From Oopsacas minuta (lineage: Eukaryota; Animalia; Porifera), in contig JAKMXF010000144.1 of NCBI GenBank assembly GCA_024704765.1, forward strand, positions 186,001 through 250,000: a stretch of DNA of 64,000 nt, read 5' to 3'. A program made the translations under genes and the position numbers. Under the pieces are notes generated by a model, which was not told the DNA's origin, made no database searches, and saw only the letters and a program-made list of their open reading frames with translations. The first letter of the stretch is position 1. Each line of letters begins with the position of its first letter. Shown here in pieces: positions 39,470 to 50,200 of this stretch.

Positions 39470-40387
39470 ATGAAACGGCGCCCAATCAAGAGAAAATCAA
39501 CCAATCAGAATGCAGCTTTCACACCCTCTGCCACTTACTCACAACCCTCAAATCCGATTGGTCCAGAAATTCCTTCTAATATTAGAATTATTAGCTACTT
39601 TGAACACCTCTTGGAACAAACATTATATATTAAGCCTCGATCAATTGCATACTTCTGTTTATCAGTGTCACTTATACTGTCACTATTCGCGACATATTTT
39701 CCCTTTATTCGCCAGTATACAATTTCGAAGGAAAATTTCTTGAATGTTTACTTCGTAAAATTCGGTTGGGGTTGGACTCTGGCTATAGTTGGACCATATG
39801 TCCTCATTTCCAGTGCCATTTACACCTTAATGGAGGTCACTTTGATGGCTAAACACCTCGGGAGGCTCGTGGTGTCAACTGCCATGTGGTATTTCTGTAC
39901 CCAGCTGTTTGACTTGATCCAAGAAATGAGCGGGGAATGTTCCAATACGACGTTTGGGACAATAAAAGGTTGTTTGTTGGAGAACAATATTTGGAACGGT
40001 TATGACGTGTCAGGACACTGTTTCCTGTTGACATTTTGTTTACTAGTAACTGTTGAAGAATTCAAAACATCTAAATACATATACTGGGATGGTTTGTCAA
40101 CTGCTTTTGAGAAAAACAACAGACACGTTTCGTTTATTTACGAAAATTCAAAAGGTGTGATTTTCTTGTTAAAATTCGCCGCGTTAATATTAATATTTAT
40201 TTGGCAGTGGATGCTCATTACCTCGAGTTTGTTTTTTCACACTTTCAGTGAGAATTTAAGTGGCACAATATGTGGCATTGTGGCATGGTGGTCGACATAT
40301 ATCATATGTTTCCATGAACAGAAATATCTAACATTTCCAGGTGATGGAGTCTTGGGTGGATATTTTAGAGAATATACAGATATTTAA
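39470..40387 (+). CDS. FITM2: Fat storage-inducing transmembrane (FIT) protein, intronless
   Basis: KENFLNVYFVKFGWGWT, GYDVSGHCFLL and FFHTFSE conserved motifs. Confidence 0.9.
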   Translation: MKRRPIKRKSTNQNAAFTPSATYSQPSNPIGPEIPSNIRIISYFEHLLEQTLYIKPRSIAYFCLSVSLILSLFATYFPFIRQYTISKENFLNVYFVKFGWGWTLAIVGPYVLISSAIYTLMEVTLMAKHLGRLVVSTAMWYFCTQLFDLIQEMSGECSNTTFGTIKGCLLENNIWNGYDVSGHCFLLTFCLLVTVEEFKTSKYIYWDGLSTAFEKNNRHVSFIYENSKGVIFLLKFAALILIFIWQWMLITSSLFFHTFSENLSGTICGIVAWWSTYIICFHEQKYLTFPGDGVLGGYFREYTDI

Positions 40388-40507
40388 GTGATACTATTTC
40401 TAGAAATAGGAGCTTATTTTTGTGTTTATTTGTTTACTAATATTAATTGTGTACACTGTTTTCTATATTATCTACTTCTAATAACAACAAACAAATAAAC
40501 AAACAAA

Positions 40508-41734
40508 CTAGTAATATATTTGTAGAGGATAATTCTCACTCAATGACACACTAACTAATCTCCCGTTTGGAGTTATAGCTATCCCTTGGGGGTTATATAA
40601 CATTTCTTGTTGGTGTTCCTCTGTTCCTATCGTGTGTAGGAGATTGCCTTCTGGAGAGAATACCCGAATTGAGTGAGTGTCTTCATCGCTAATAACAAAG
40701 TTGTTAAGTGGATCTAGACAGAAGAAGAAAGGGTATGTCATATCCATTCCTTATCCACACGTAATGAGGGAGTGTAGCTTGTCTCCCTCTAGGGTTAGCA
40801 CGTGCATACATGAGGTGTTAGATGGACACAGTACGTACACGCGGTCACGTAACACTTTAACATCATATGGTCTTGCCATTGACTTATGGGTAATGTTACA
40901 TAGATGGTTCAGATCTGTGTCGTGTACGCTAATTCTGCTATTATCGCTATCTGTTATAAACACGTGACCGATGGGATCTGTTGTTAGTTGATTCGGATAT
41001 TTGAATTGTCCGTTGTTTGATCCCTTACCTCCTATCTTCCTAACAAGACTCATGTCAGTTAATTTGAATTGGCTTACAGTGTGATCTCTACAGCAACTGA
41101 CATACACATCCTCTCCGTGTATAGCTATACCCCATGGATTAATCAGCTGTCCTACACCCAGTTGATTGAGGTACTCTCCTGTATCAGAGAATATCTCTAC
41201 TCTGTTATTGTAACTGTTAGCTACGAATATTTGGTGTGTAGCTTCATGGATAGCTACACCTCGTGGATAATTCAACTGACCAGGACCTGAACCTTTCTTC
41301 CCAGTAGCGGTGGCTAGTAGGATTCTAGCATAATCTGGTACTCCTACTGGTACCTGAACAATCTCTCCGAAATGAGAAATGCTTATTTCCAGATGACGTA
41401 TGTCGCACTGCCATTTATGTGTGGTCTCAACAGGGACATTATTTCTCAGATCTCTCAAATTATCTTCCATTTCTCGGACCATTCTCTCCTGCATGGACTG
41501 GAGGGTGTTGTCTCTGAGGTCTCCTTGAAGGTGTGCAAGGGCCTCTGTCAGTTGGGTGATAGATTCTTGTTGAGCGATCTCTGTGGCTCTTTTTTCCTCC
41601 CTTCTGTTGCGGACTTCCTCTAGCAGCTGCACTCTCCGAACATTCAATAGCCCTATGAGACCATCTATCGTGGAGTGAATATGTGCCTCTATGGGGTCTA
41701 CATCTTGAGGGGCGATTGTGTAACGTTCTGCCTT
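40508..41734 (-). pseudogene. Coiled-coil + NHL-repeat gene with an in-frame premature stop and apparently no start codon
   Basis: NHL repeats (GSGPGQLNYPRGVAIHE.., GSNNGQFKYPNQL..). TAA at 40751-40753 interrupts ..LITCG*GMDMTYPFFFCLD.., which continues in the same frame. The protein-like frame starts AAG GCA GAA at 41734 with no ATG. Confidence 0.75.
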
Positions 41735-41969
41735 AATTGTTGAGTGACGAATAGTTGAAGTAAGGCTTGGTTGCTAGGGTAATCTTGTTTACTTAAAAGG
41801 AAATTGTTAGTTTATGAATTATGGTTATGGAACAAACAAATATTTGTTGTTTGTTGCTGCGATACGCGGTAAATATTGTGTGAAAACATTCACACCCAAC
41901 GTACATACGATTGGTTGTTTACCACTCCAATTATTACAAAACATTTCTAACACCTCTGAACCTAATTAG

Positions 41970-42780
41970 ATGTCTGAAAGTTTAGTTTGGCATTTTAGAA
42001 AATTTTCGACAAAAAAATTCCTCGTAAAATTCACAAATATTTCTGAAGAGAAAACTTACAAATTCGATGTGGTTGATTTACAACTCCGTCACTGGTGTGA
42101 AATTCCTACACACGAACAGCTGATTACAAGGTGTGAAGAATTAACAGGTGTTGAGCTAGCGCCACCCCAGCTGATTCTTGAAATGGAACAAGAGGTGTTA
42201 TACGGACAGCATGGCAATACTGAAGTGCTAAATATTACTGATAAACAGCTGATGTTACGTGTCAACAAATTGAGAACTTTGAAAGTTAATAATGTTCTAT
42301 TTTTAGATCGTGTTGATAAAGATTTTGAGAAGTTAGATCGGAGATGGGTGGTGGACACTTTTGTGCCACTTCTAGCACTATATGCACATAAGAATGATCC
42401 AGCAGGTATATCTGATAATTATTTGTTTGTTTGTTTGTTTTTTATGACATTCTTTATTCCCTTTAGTGTTGCTAGGTGAAGTAAAAACATTTGAAATATT
42501 CGGAAATGAAAGTACAAGAAACGAATATTTTAAATATAAACAACTTTTACAAGAAAAAGAAAATTCCAAAAATTCAGATGCAATAAATTCTGAGATCTCT
42601 TCATCTCAATCATCTGCTCCAGACACAAATTGTGACCTAACACCTCCAGTTGTAAACAAGACAACAAATAAACAAACAACAGCTCAAACAGAGTTAGAGG
42701 AACAACTTAGGAGAGAAGAGTTGAACAGAAAAAGAACAATCATGCCCGACATTGGAAAGAAGAAACGAAGATTATTATAA
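41970..42780 (+). CDS. NHEJ1: XLF/NHEJ1-like protein, 2 exons
   Basis: LVW..FLVKF..YKFDVVDLQLRHWCE..LITRCEEL..APP..LMLRV..FVPLL aligns by eye to the XLF head. Basic C-terminus KKKRRLL resembles the XLF Ku-binding motif. Confidence 0.6.
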
Positions 42781-42829
42781 TTCTATATTTAGAACTCATT
42801 TATCTTCTTATATTAGATGACAAAGGGTC

Positions 42830-42903
42830 TGGGAAATGTGTGCACGCACCCACCTGGGTGCCCCAGACTTGGGACCATTTTGCCCTTCCTATAACTACCA
42901 CTG
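42830..42903. mobile_element. Possible hAT-type element end
   Basis: GC-rich island in AT-rich intergenic DNA ending ..TTTTGCCCTTCCTATAACTACCACTG, i.e. a CAGTGG.. terminus on the minus strand. No partner TIR found. Confidence 0.3.
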
Positions 42904-42944
42904 TAATAGCTATCTCATTATTTCTGTGATTGTTTGTTTTAGAA

Positions 42945-44480
42945 ATGGCATCAAAAGGAAAAGGAAAAGGAAAATTAAAGAAAAAGACTCAACCCAAACC
43001 TCCCACTAAACCACCACCTCCCATCGACACTCCATGTCTATTCAGTGTCTCGATTGGTACACAGAATATTTGCATAGCAACGGTTAGGAATGCTATTTTA
43101 GAAATAATTGTTAATGAGAATGGTGACAGATTAACACCTGCTAGTATTTGTTATGAAGTAGGGAAGAAAGGACAATTCAACCCACTAATTGGTCAAGTGG
43201 CTTCCCAATTAGCTGATCGAGGCGAACCCAATGCTTTTACTCATTTATTGGACTTTGAGAAGATGTCTGAAAATTGCTGTAAGACAAACTTCCAAGATAG
43301 TTCCCTGAAACTAGTGGCAGAATCTTCGACACAAAATATCTCACATGTCAGAATTCTAAGTGACTTCCTGTCTGCTGTCCGTGAAACAGTTTCTGCATAC
43401 TCTAACAAAACAGCTACTCACTGTATAATAGCACATTCCTCACAGGTATCCATGGAAACGCTCAGGAATGCATGTAATATAGCTGCTCTATCTCCAATAC
43501 AAATATTACCGGCTAGTATTTGTCCGCTATTAGCTTATGGAATTGGACAAAACAAAGATCAATTGGAAATTCCAAAAATTGCCTTAGTGATAGATTTGGG
43601 TCATAGGTATTTAGGTGTTTCTATTTATAGAATATTAAATGGACTCTTTCAACCAATCAAAACAGAGCAATTCCAGGGTTTAGGCGGGGAAAAGTTTGAT
43701 GAGATATTAACCAATCATATTGCGTCTCTCTTCAATGATAAACATAAATGCGATTTATACGAAAACAGGAAATCAATTCTAAAAATAGCCAGAGAGGTGT
43801 CAAATATTAAACACATACTTTCTACACTCCCAATCGCCTCTGTAAGTATAGATTCATTATATGAGGGTATCGATTGTCACCTCTCAATCGCAAGGGGCAG
43901 ATTCGAGTCACTCATTTCTCCAATAATTACCCGGTTAGTGGAAATCGTAACTTCAACAGTTTTAGGAAAAGATATGGAATTGGAATGTATCACTGATTTA
44001 GTTTGTGTCGGAGGTTCCTGTCGCATTCCATTCATCCAATCTCAGCTCCAGGGTGCCTTCTCTAGTGCCACTTTACATAACACATTGACACAAGATGAAG
44101 TTTTCGCACTAGGGGCAGCTAAACAGTGTCAATTAATAGAAGAAAATACTTTAGTGTCGGATTTCAAAACACCTCCAATATCTGTACCATCTACTATGTA
44201 TGATATTGTCCTAAAAATAGATATAGATATTCTGCTGTTCCAAAGTGGCACACCACTTCCTGCCACTAATGATACCACTTTAGAAGTGGCAGGGCCTCGT
44301 ACATTCTCAATCATAGAGTCTCGGAATTTAGGTAATGGAACCATTGACATACCTGAAGGTGTTAAAATTGTGTCGCTTCGATCAGAGCTCAATGCACAGA
44401 CTGGTTTGAAGTTGGTATTCAGCGACAAAATAAGTGGACAAGAATTAGACATATTTCAACTGATTTTCACACCTCTTTAG
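42945..44480 (+). CDS. HSPA14: Atypical Hsp70 of the ribosome-associated complex (HSPA14), intronless
   Basis: VNENGDRLTPA, KHILSTLPIASVSIDSLYEGID, VGGSCRIP and DEVFALGAA match HSPA14. Short C-terminus without EEVD. Confidence 0.85.
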   Translation: MASKGKGKGKLKKKTQPKPPTKPPPPIDTPCLFSVSIGTQNICIATVRNAILEIIVNENGDRLTPASICYEVGKKGQFNPLIGQVASQLADRGEPNAFTHLLDFEKMSENCCKTNFQDSSLKLVAESSTQNISHVRILSDFLSAVRETVSAYSNKTATHCIIAHSSQVSMETLRNACNIAALSPIQILPASICPLLAYGIGQNKDQLEIPKIALVIDLGHRYLGVSIYRILNGLFQPIKTEQFQGLGGEKFDEILTNHIASLFNDKHKCDLYENRKSILKIAREVSNIKHILSTLPIASVSIDSLYEGIDCHLSIARGRFESLISPIITRLVEIVTSTVLGKDMELECITDLVCVGGSCRIPFIQSQLQGAFSSATLHNTLTQDEVFALGAAKQCQLIEENTLVSDFKTPPISVPSTMYDIVLKIDIDILLFQSGTPLPATNDTTLEVAGPRTFSIIESRNLGNGTIDIPEGVKIVSLRSELNAQTGLKLVFSDKISGQELDIFQLIFTPL

Positions 44481-44592
44481 CCAATCAAATTAGATTTTTA
44501 GGAAATTGTTCTTTTACTAAATTCATTAAAATTTTTACTTTAGAATTTTCTAGAAACCCAAATTATTATTATTTGTTACTATAATTAGACAT

Positions 44593-45090
44593 ATGACGTC
44601 AGAAACTATCCTTGACATCCATACAGGTGCTGTGGTGTGTGCAGACACGATTCTGATTGGCCAGGTGACAATAGGCGCCAACACGGTGGTGCACCCTAAG
44701 GCCACTTTAGATGGGAGTGGAGGTCCAATTGTGATTGGTCAGAATAACATACTAGAAGAGAATGTTGTGATTAAAGGAACTGAAATTATAGAAATTGGTT
44801 CCGGTAACAGTTTCAGAGTAGGTACACATTGTCACGCCAAGAAAGTGGGAGATAACAACATATTCGAGATGAAATCGTATGTATCACCAGGTGTTACTAT
44901 TAATAGCGACTGTACAATTGGACCAAAATGTCGTGTAGAGGGGGAACAGGAGGTTCCGGACAGGACAATCCTATTGGCGGGACATGTTCCCTATACTATG
45001 AACCACGGGAGCAATAGTAACCTGGCTCAGATCGAATTACTATTAAAGAATCTCCCGAACTATCATAAGTTGATAAAATCGAGTAAATGA
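44593..45090 (+). CDS. DCTN6: Dynactin subunit 6 (p27)
   Basis: GAVVC..VTIGANTVVHPKA..GPIVIGQNNILEE left-handed beta-helix and QIELLLKNLPNYH end. Confidence 0.92.
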   Translation: MTSETILDIHTGAVVCADTILIGQVTIGANTVVHPKATLDGSGGPIVIGQNNILEENVVIKGTEIIEIGSGNSFRVGTHCHAKKVGDNNIFEMKSYVSPGVTINSDCTIGPKCRVEGEQEVPDRTILLAGHVPYTMNHGSNSNLAQIELLLKNLPNYHKLIKSSK

Positions 45091-45263
45091 TACATATATA
45101 TATATTTGTTGCTATTTATAGAATGACCCCCATGGGTACATCTCAGCAGTGGACACATTATCCTTAGTCGACCTCTTGGGCCATAAGATTGAAAGTATAT
45201 CTTATCTCCATAATCTGTTCTATTTTTAGATTGAGTTTACATAGAAACTTTCAAAAGACAAAC

Positions 45264-45455
45264 ATGCCGAATCAGCCACGTCGCTATGTCTCCCCTTACC
45301 CACCTAAAACCTTTAGAGAGTGGATGAAGTTTGGGTACAGGTTCACTTTCATGAGGGACCCTGTCTTCTTTATATCAGCTGGTATAGTGATATTTCTTAT
45401 AACTAGAATTCCTGTAACAGATGAAGCAAGGAAGAACAGTCAATATTTCAATTGA
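45264..45455 (+). CDS. 63-aa single-TM microprotein, possibly an ATP synthase accessory subunit (j/6.8PL-like)
   Basis: MPNQPRRYVSPYPPKTFREWMKF..PVFFISAGIVIFLITRIPVTDEARKNSQYFN: basic N-terminus, one hydrophobic helix, and DEARKNS reminiscent of the plant 6-kDa subunit. Confidence 0.45.
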   Translation: MPNQPRRYVSPYPPKTFREWMKFGYRFTFMRDPVFFISAGIVIFLITRIPVTDEARKNSQYFN

Positions 45456-45837
45456 TTCCTAATCAGTATATAAGTTGTCATAGTTACACGAATATTTACT
45501 ACTATTATAACTCGTATTGTCTAATTATGATAATTAGTGCGCCTTATTCGTAAATCAGGCGCTAGAATAGTTGTTTTACGCGCCAAAGTAGTAATTTATA
45601 GCGCCAAATGTTGTATAATACATTTCATGGAGAACTATATGCAAATTTAGAAAAGTAAGTTACATATGAAACTACAAAATTGAAGTATTTTCTATAATTA
45701 TGAATCATCTTTTTGTGCAGAATTAAGACTCTGTGACCATAAATTATTAGAACATTGGTTAATCATATCATTGTTCTATTTTTAGAACTTTTAGAGCTAT
45801 ATAATCAAGTTCTAGTATCTAGAAACAAAATTTCTTA

Positions 45838-46626
45838 ATGTCGGTAATTCTAAAAGTGTATTACGTCGAATCAGATGAATTGGAACCAACAGAAATTCGA
45901 CGGTTTCTATGGCAACTGAGTGGTTTGAAAGAATTGCTTGAAAAAATATCCAACATATTTTCTGTACAATTGGAACCGGAACTAATAACTTTATATAATA
46001 CAGGAGTGTCAGGAGAAAAATTGTATTTAAAATCTGATTTGGATTTGGAAACTGTTTTTGAACAAGCTCCTAGACAGTCAACACTCAAGCTATGGGTTAC
46101 TAGGAACGAGCCTCTGGAATGTGAACCTAAAGTTATTTCCAGTTCAATTCGTGAAGACTATGTAACCCAATCTAGCGAGGAAATAGAAAGTGATTTTTTA
46201 GGCTCTAGAAATGAATTTGATAGTTTACAAACAAGTAGCAGTATTCCTAAACCGGAACCAACTAATGAATTTGGAACTATAGATCTTATCAAATCTCAAA
46301 AAAAGATTTCTGAAGGTTTGCTGAGAGCAGATTCAGAAAGTTCTAAGTTAGATGCGAGATTTAATACTTCATATGGTAAGTCAAGTTTCTCTAGTACATT
46401 TGCACAAATTGCCAAAGATTTTGGCGCCTGTTTTTCGCCATGTGGGTCTGGACAAACGACCCCTTCCTTCACGGACCTGCCCCCACAATTCGTGGAGTCT
46501 CTGTGTACCCTGAGGGAGATGGGTTTCGACGTGGAGAATCCGAACGTGCTAAAGATACTTCGTAGGAACAACGGCGAACTTGAACAGACACTAACTGAAG
46601 TAATGGATTCCGGAATTGATTGTTAA
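45838..46626 (+). CDS. Second p62-like protein (PB1-like + UBA, no ZZ), intronless
   Basis: MSVILKVY..EPTEIRRF..LKLWV parallels the first p62. UBA TLREMGFDVEN is nearly identical to TLREMGFDISN. Confidence 0.8.
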   Translation: MSVILKVYYVESDELEPTEIRRFLWQLSGLKELLEKISNIFSVQLEPELITLYNTGVSGEKLYLKSDLDLETVFEQAPRQSTLKLWVTRNEPLECEPKVISSSIREDYVTQSSEEIESDFLGSRNEFDSLQTSSSIPKPEPTNEFGTIDLIKSQKKISEGLLRADSESSKLDARFNTSYGKSSFSSTFAQIAKDFGACFSPCGSGQTTPSFTDLPPQFVESLCTLREMGFDVENPNVLKILRRNNGELEQTLTEVMDSGIDC

Positions 46627-47249
46627 TATTACACTAGAACATCATAAATATCTAAGTTATGTTTCTGTTGCTATGTTAAGAAGATTGTCCTCCCCCTTTT
46701 GTTACTATATTTAGAATTATGTAACCTACACCATTTTTGTGAGGTTCCTTTCATTATTATATATTTGGCTGTTATATTTTCTTAACTAAGAGGACTGGAG
46801 ACGGAAAGAGTTGCTCGAATACTTATACCCTTGGGTACAAGTATGCACCCTGTCTCCTCTCTATCAACACCTCAAAAGAGAAATTATCCTCCTTTATTGC
46901 TGGAAATTGTGGTCAGTTAATCCTTTGTTGTTTAGATTTGATGTCTTATACAGCTCACATTCCTGTCTCATTCAACATAGCAACAGAATGAGATACCCAT
47001 TTTGTGTATTTTGAACTGAAACTATTAAATTTATGTGAACTAAAGTGGCAGTTTTGTGTGCCAATTCGCTTCTTCATTTTGGCATACGATGGTATTTCGT
47101 GGCTGTGCAAGTGTTCTGTAATTTTAACACCTTTGCTAACATAATTTGGCTCAACTGATAAATGACTCCAAATACGTTTGATCATTGAATTTACATCAGA
47201 AAAAAATAATAATTACAAACAAAACAAATAAACAAACAGCTGAAGAGCA

Positions 47250-50200
47250 TTAGTACTTTGGTTCCGGTAGCCTGTTCCTGTGGGTTTGATTCAATTTACA
47301 CGGGTAGCGGGATTCTTGTTCTGCTTCATGTATCCATTTGTTACAAACTACATGGAAGTAAGATATATAAAATTAATTGTACCACCCGAAGGTGTGAATT
47401 TTAGGCATGTGATCTACACACTTTCTAAAGGCTAATTCAGTCCAAGCCCTTTAGAAAGTGAACTTGGACTATTCCTGGTATTTACTTACCTATTTTCGCC
47501 CCCACTAACACGGGACAGCCAGCGTGTCTCGTGAGGTCATCAGATTTGCCAGAAGCTAGCAAGTTGAACCAGAATACAGCATCTCCCTACACACAATATT
47601 ATTGAGGTTAGTGCCTAGGTTTTGAAACACTCAATTACGTGGGTACAGGCCTTAAAACTTTTGTCCAAGGGGACTATTCGTTGGCCCATTTGTGACCTTA
47701 TCAATAACATACCTTTACAGGTAGGACTCTGGCTCCTGCTAGAGGGAACACAGTAGCTCCACCTTGCTCAACATCACTCAGCTAAACAACAAACAATAAA
47801 CAATAACAACCAATAAATTCAAAAAAGCACTACACAAATGTTTATTTTAAACTTTTATTATGTCCAACAATGTAACAACACCTATTCCATCCAAATCATG
47901 TTACACTTATTCTTAGCGATGAACTCATCAAGTAATTCCAGAATGTGTCGATCACCTTTGTGTCTTTGGTTCACCACGACACATTCAATATGCTCTGACA
48001 ACTCAATTGGTCCATGTATCTGAACCTCTTTATACTGTTGGATGATGTCAGAATTCGCCCACGGTTTTTTCTTGGTTGCAACCTTTAAAATGGCGGATAG
48101 CTCTGCGTCCGTATACTCATTCAACACATGCTTATAATGCTCACAGCTTGCGATTTTAACTGTGGAATTTGAGCTATCAGCTGACGCGAATGAGGTTCGT
48201 AATCTCACACATTTTAAGATAAAGTAAGAGTCGCCATATTGTTTACAGTTTTTAACTCCACAGATGTCTCCTACAATATTTAACACCCCGTATTTGACAC
48301 GATCTGCACCCTTCACATTCTTGTAGATATTATTGAAAATATTGTCCTCCCAACGGGATCTTGCCACCAAGTCTCTGCTACCATGGCTAGTTCCAGTTTC
48401 AAATTGGTTTTTGTAATTGGTTTCCGTCATCAAAATTGGTAGCAATTTGTCTATGAAGACATGGATAATAATCGGAGCTTCGAAGTTAACCCATTCAAGG
48501 GTCTTCTCCAAATCGTCTTTTGCGAATCCAAGTTTTACAATTCGTTGTGACAATATACTCGCCGCCCCATCTGACAACTTTTTTGCGTTCTTGACAACAT
48601 AATCCATCGCGGCATGTTGCTCCTTGGTTAGTGCAGCAGTCGCCCAATCAATATCAGCCAAATTAGGTGTGAATTTCTTATATCTACTTATGTCACCTAA
48701 CAGCATGTCGTCACAAGATTTTATATGTTGGTCGAATTCCTGAGGGAGTATGTCCATGAGACAGGACAAACATCTAATCCAATTCTTCCTATTCAATTCT
48801 GTGTATTCAGACTGTTGGGTGCCGAGGCACTGAATCCTGTGCGTCTCCATTTCCATGGGATTTATTTCTAGAAAGCACACCCCGCATATATTATCCTTTT
48901 TCACAGGTGGCAGTTTGCATGTGTGCTCGCTGGAGGTGCATTCTTGGGAACATCGGAGGCACAGTTTGAAGGGATTGGGCTTGGGTTCAGGGTTAGGGAC
49001 AGGTGTCGGGGGTTTACAGTGATCAGTGTGGTCGGGTAAAATTGTGATTAAGAAGAGTTTATTACAATAATGACACTTCCCTTCTTCTGCATCGCGACAC
49101 TCATCATAATGTTTTGGTAACTCCTCCACTTTGAAATCTTTCTCACAAATTGGACATTTGTCCATTTCCCCAAATGCTTGGTGGGGGACACTTGGGAAGA
49201 ACAGAGGTGTGCCACTGGCAAAAGATGGTTCGGGTTTCACACCTTCATCCATTGGCTCTAGGTCTTCGCTTGGCGTTATGTGAGTGGGACTTTTCTCAGG
49301 AATTTCAGGGGGAGGTGGCTTAATTGTGTCGGAACGTTCAGATTTAAATGGCATTATGGCAGACTCGTGGTTGGGTGGCAGACTTGGGTAAGTGACATCG
49401 ATTATTTCAACATCTGATCCATGTCTCCGGAGACACTCTTCCGCATGTTGTTTTAACCTTGTCATTGTGAACTTATTATCACACCTCCGACAGATCTCAT
49501 CCTCCACTTCTAAAGATACCATATCTGGCATGGTGGTCATTGTGGCATGATCCTCGAAATCTTTGTATGTTATTTCAGATAGCATGGTTTCTAGAGAGCC
49601 TATTGGTTGACACTTCTCCAAATGTGCCACGTAAGTGTCCCCATCAAATTCCTGGCCACATGCGACACACTTAATTAACTCAGTATCATCATGAGTGTCA
49701 GATAATGTGTCGCTTGTGTCGACTGTGTCCGGATTACAGGAACACTCCTCATTTAAGTGGAGTTTCATTAGTTCGCTGTCAATATTTTTTCCACAATAAA
49801 TACATTCGGTTAGCAGTGGCTCTGTTTTGAAACATTCCTCATTCACATCTAGGTAACTAGGGTTGTATGGAGGTGGGGGAATTGACTCGCATGGCTCACA
49901 TGGCATTTCGTTGGTTTGCGTCCCCAAGAAACTTGGGTTGAACTTTGGAGGTCTGTCTTTGGCATCGATTGAGGCTATGGCAGTGGCACGAGGTGGTAGG
50001 GGAGGTGGTATGCTCTCAGGTTCAAACATTGGTCCAGTCTCAAAGTGGCATGGTGGTGAGCCACTCTCGATTTCTGGGTTACAAATTGGTTGAAGAAAAT
50101 GTGGCGCGCTAAGTGGCCTCCCAAAAATTGACGAGGGGTCAGTTGATCCTTTTGATGGATGAATAGAAAACTCAAATTCAGAATCAGAAGTGGCATAAAG

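Noticed and set aside
40751-40753. Programmed readthrough or selenocysteine at the NHL internal stop
   Set aside because: The codon is TAA, not TGA, and the start codon also looks lost, so pseudogenisation is simpler.
46840-47185. Possible small two-exon minus-strand gene (MIKRIWSHLSVEP.. / ..KEDNFSFEVLIERRQGAYLYPR)
   Set aside because: No homology and uncertain splice phases. It may be P4HA 3' UTR or intergenic DNA.
47673-47696. GHKWANE-like peptide in a P4HA intron resembling the GNKWVSNKW motif
   Set aside because: Followed immediately by a stop and lacks suitable splice sites, so likely chance.
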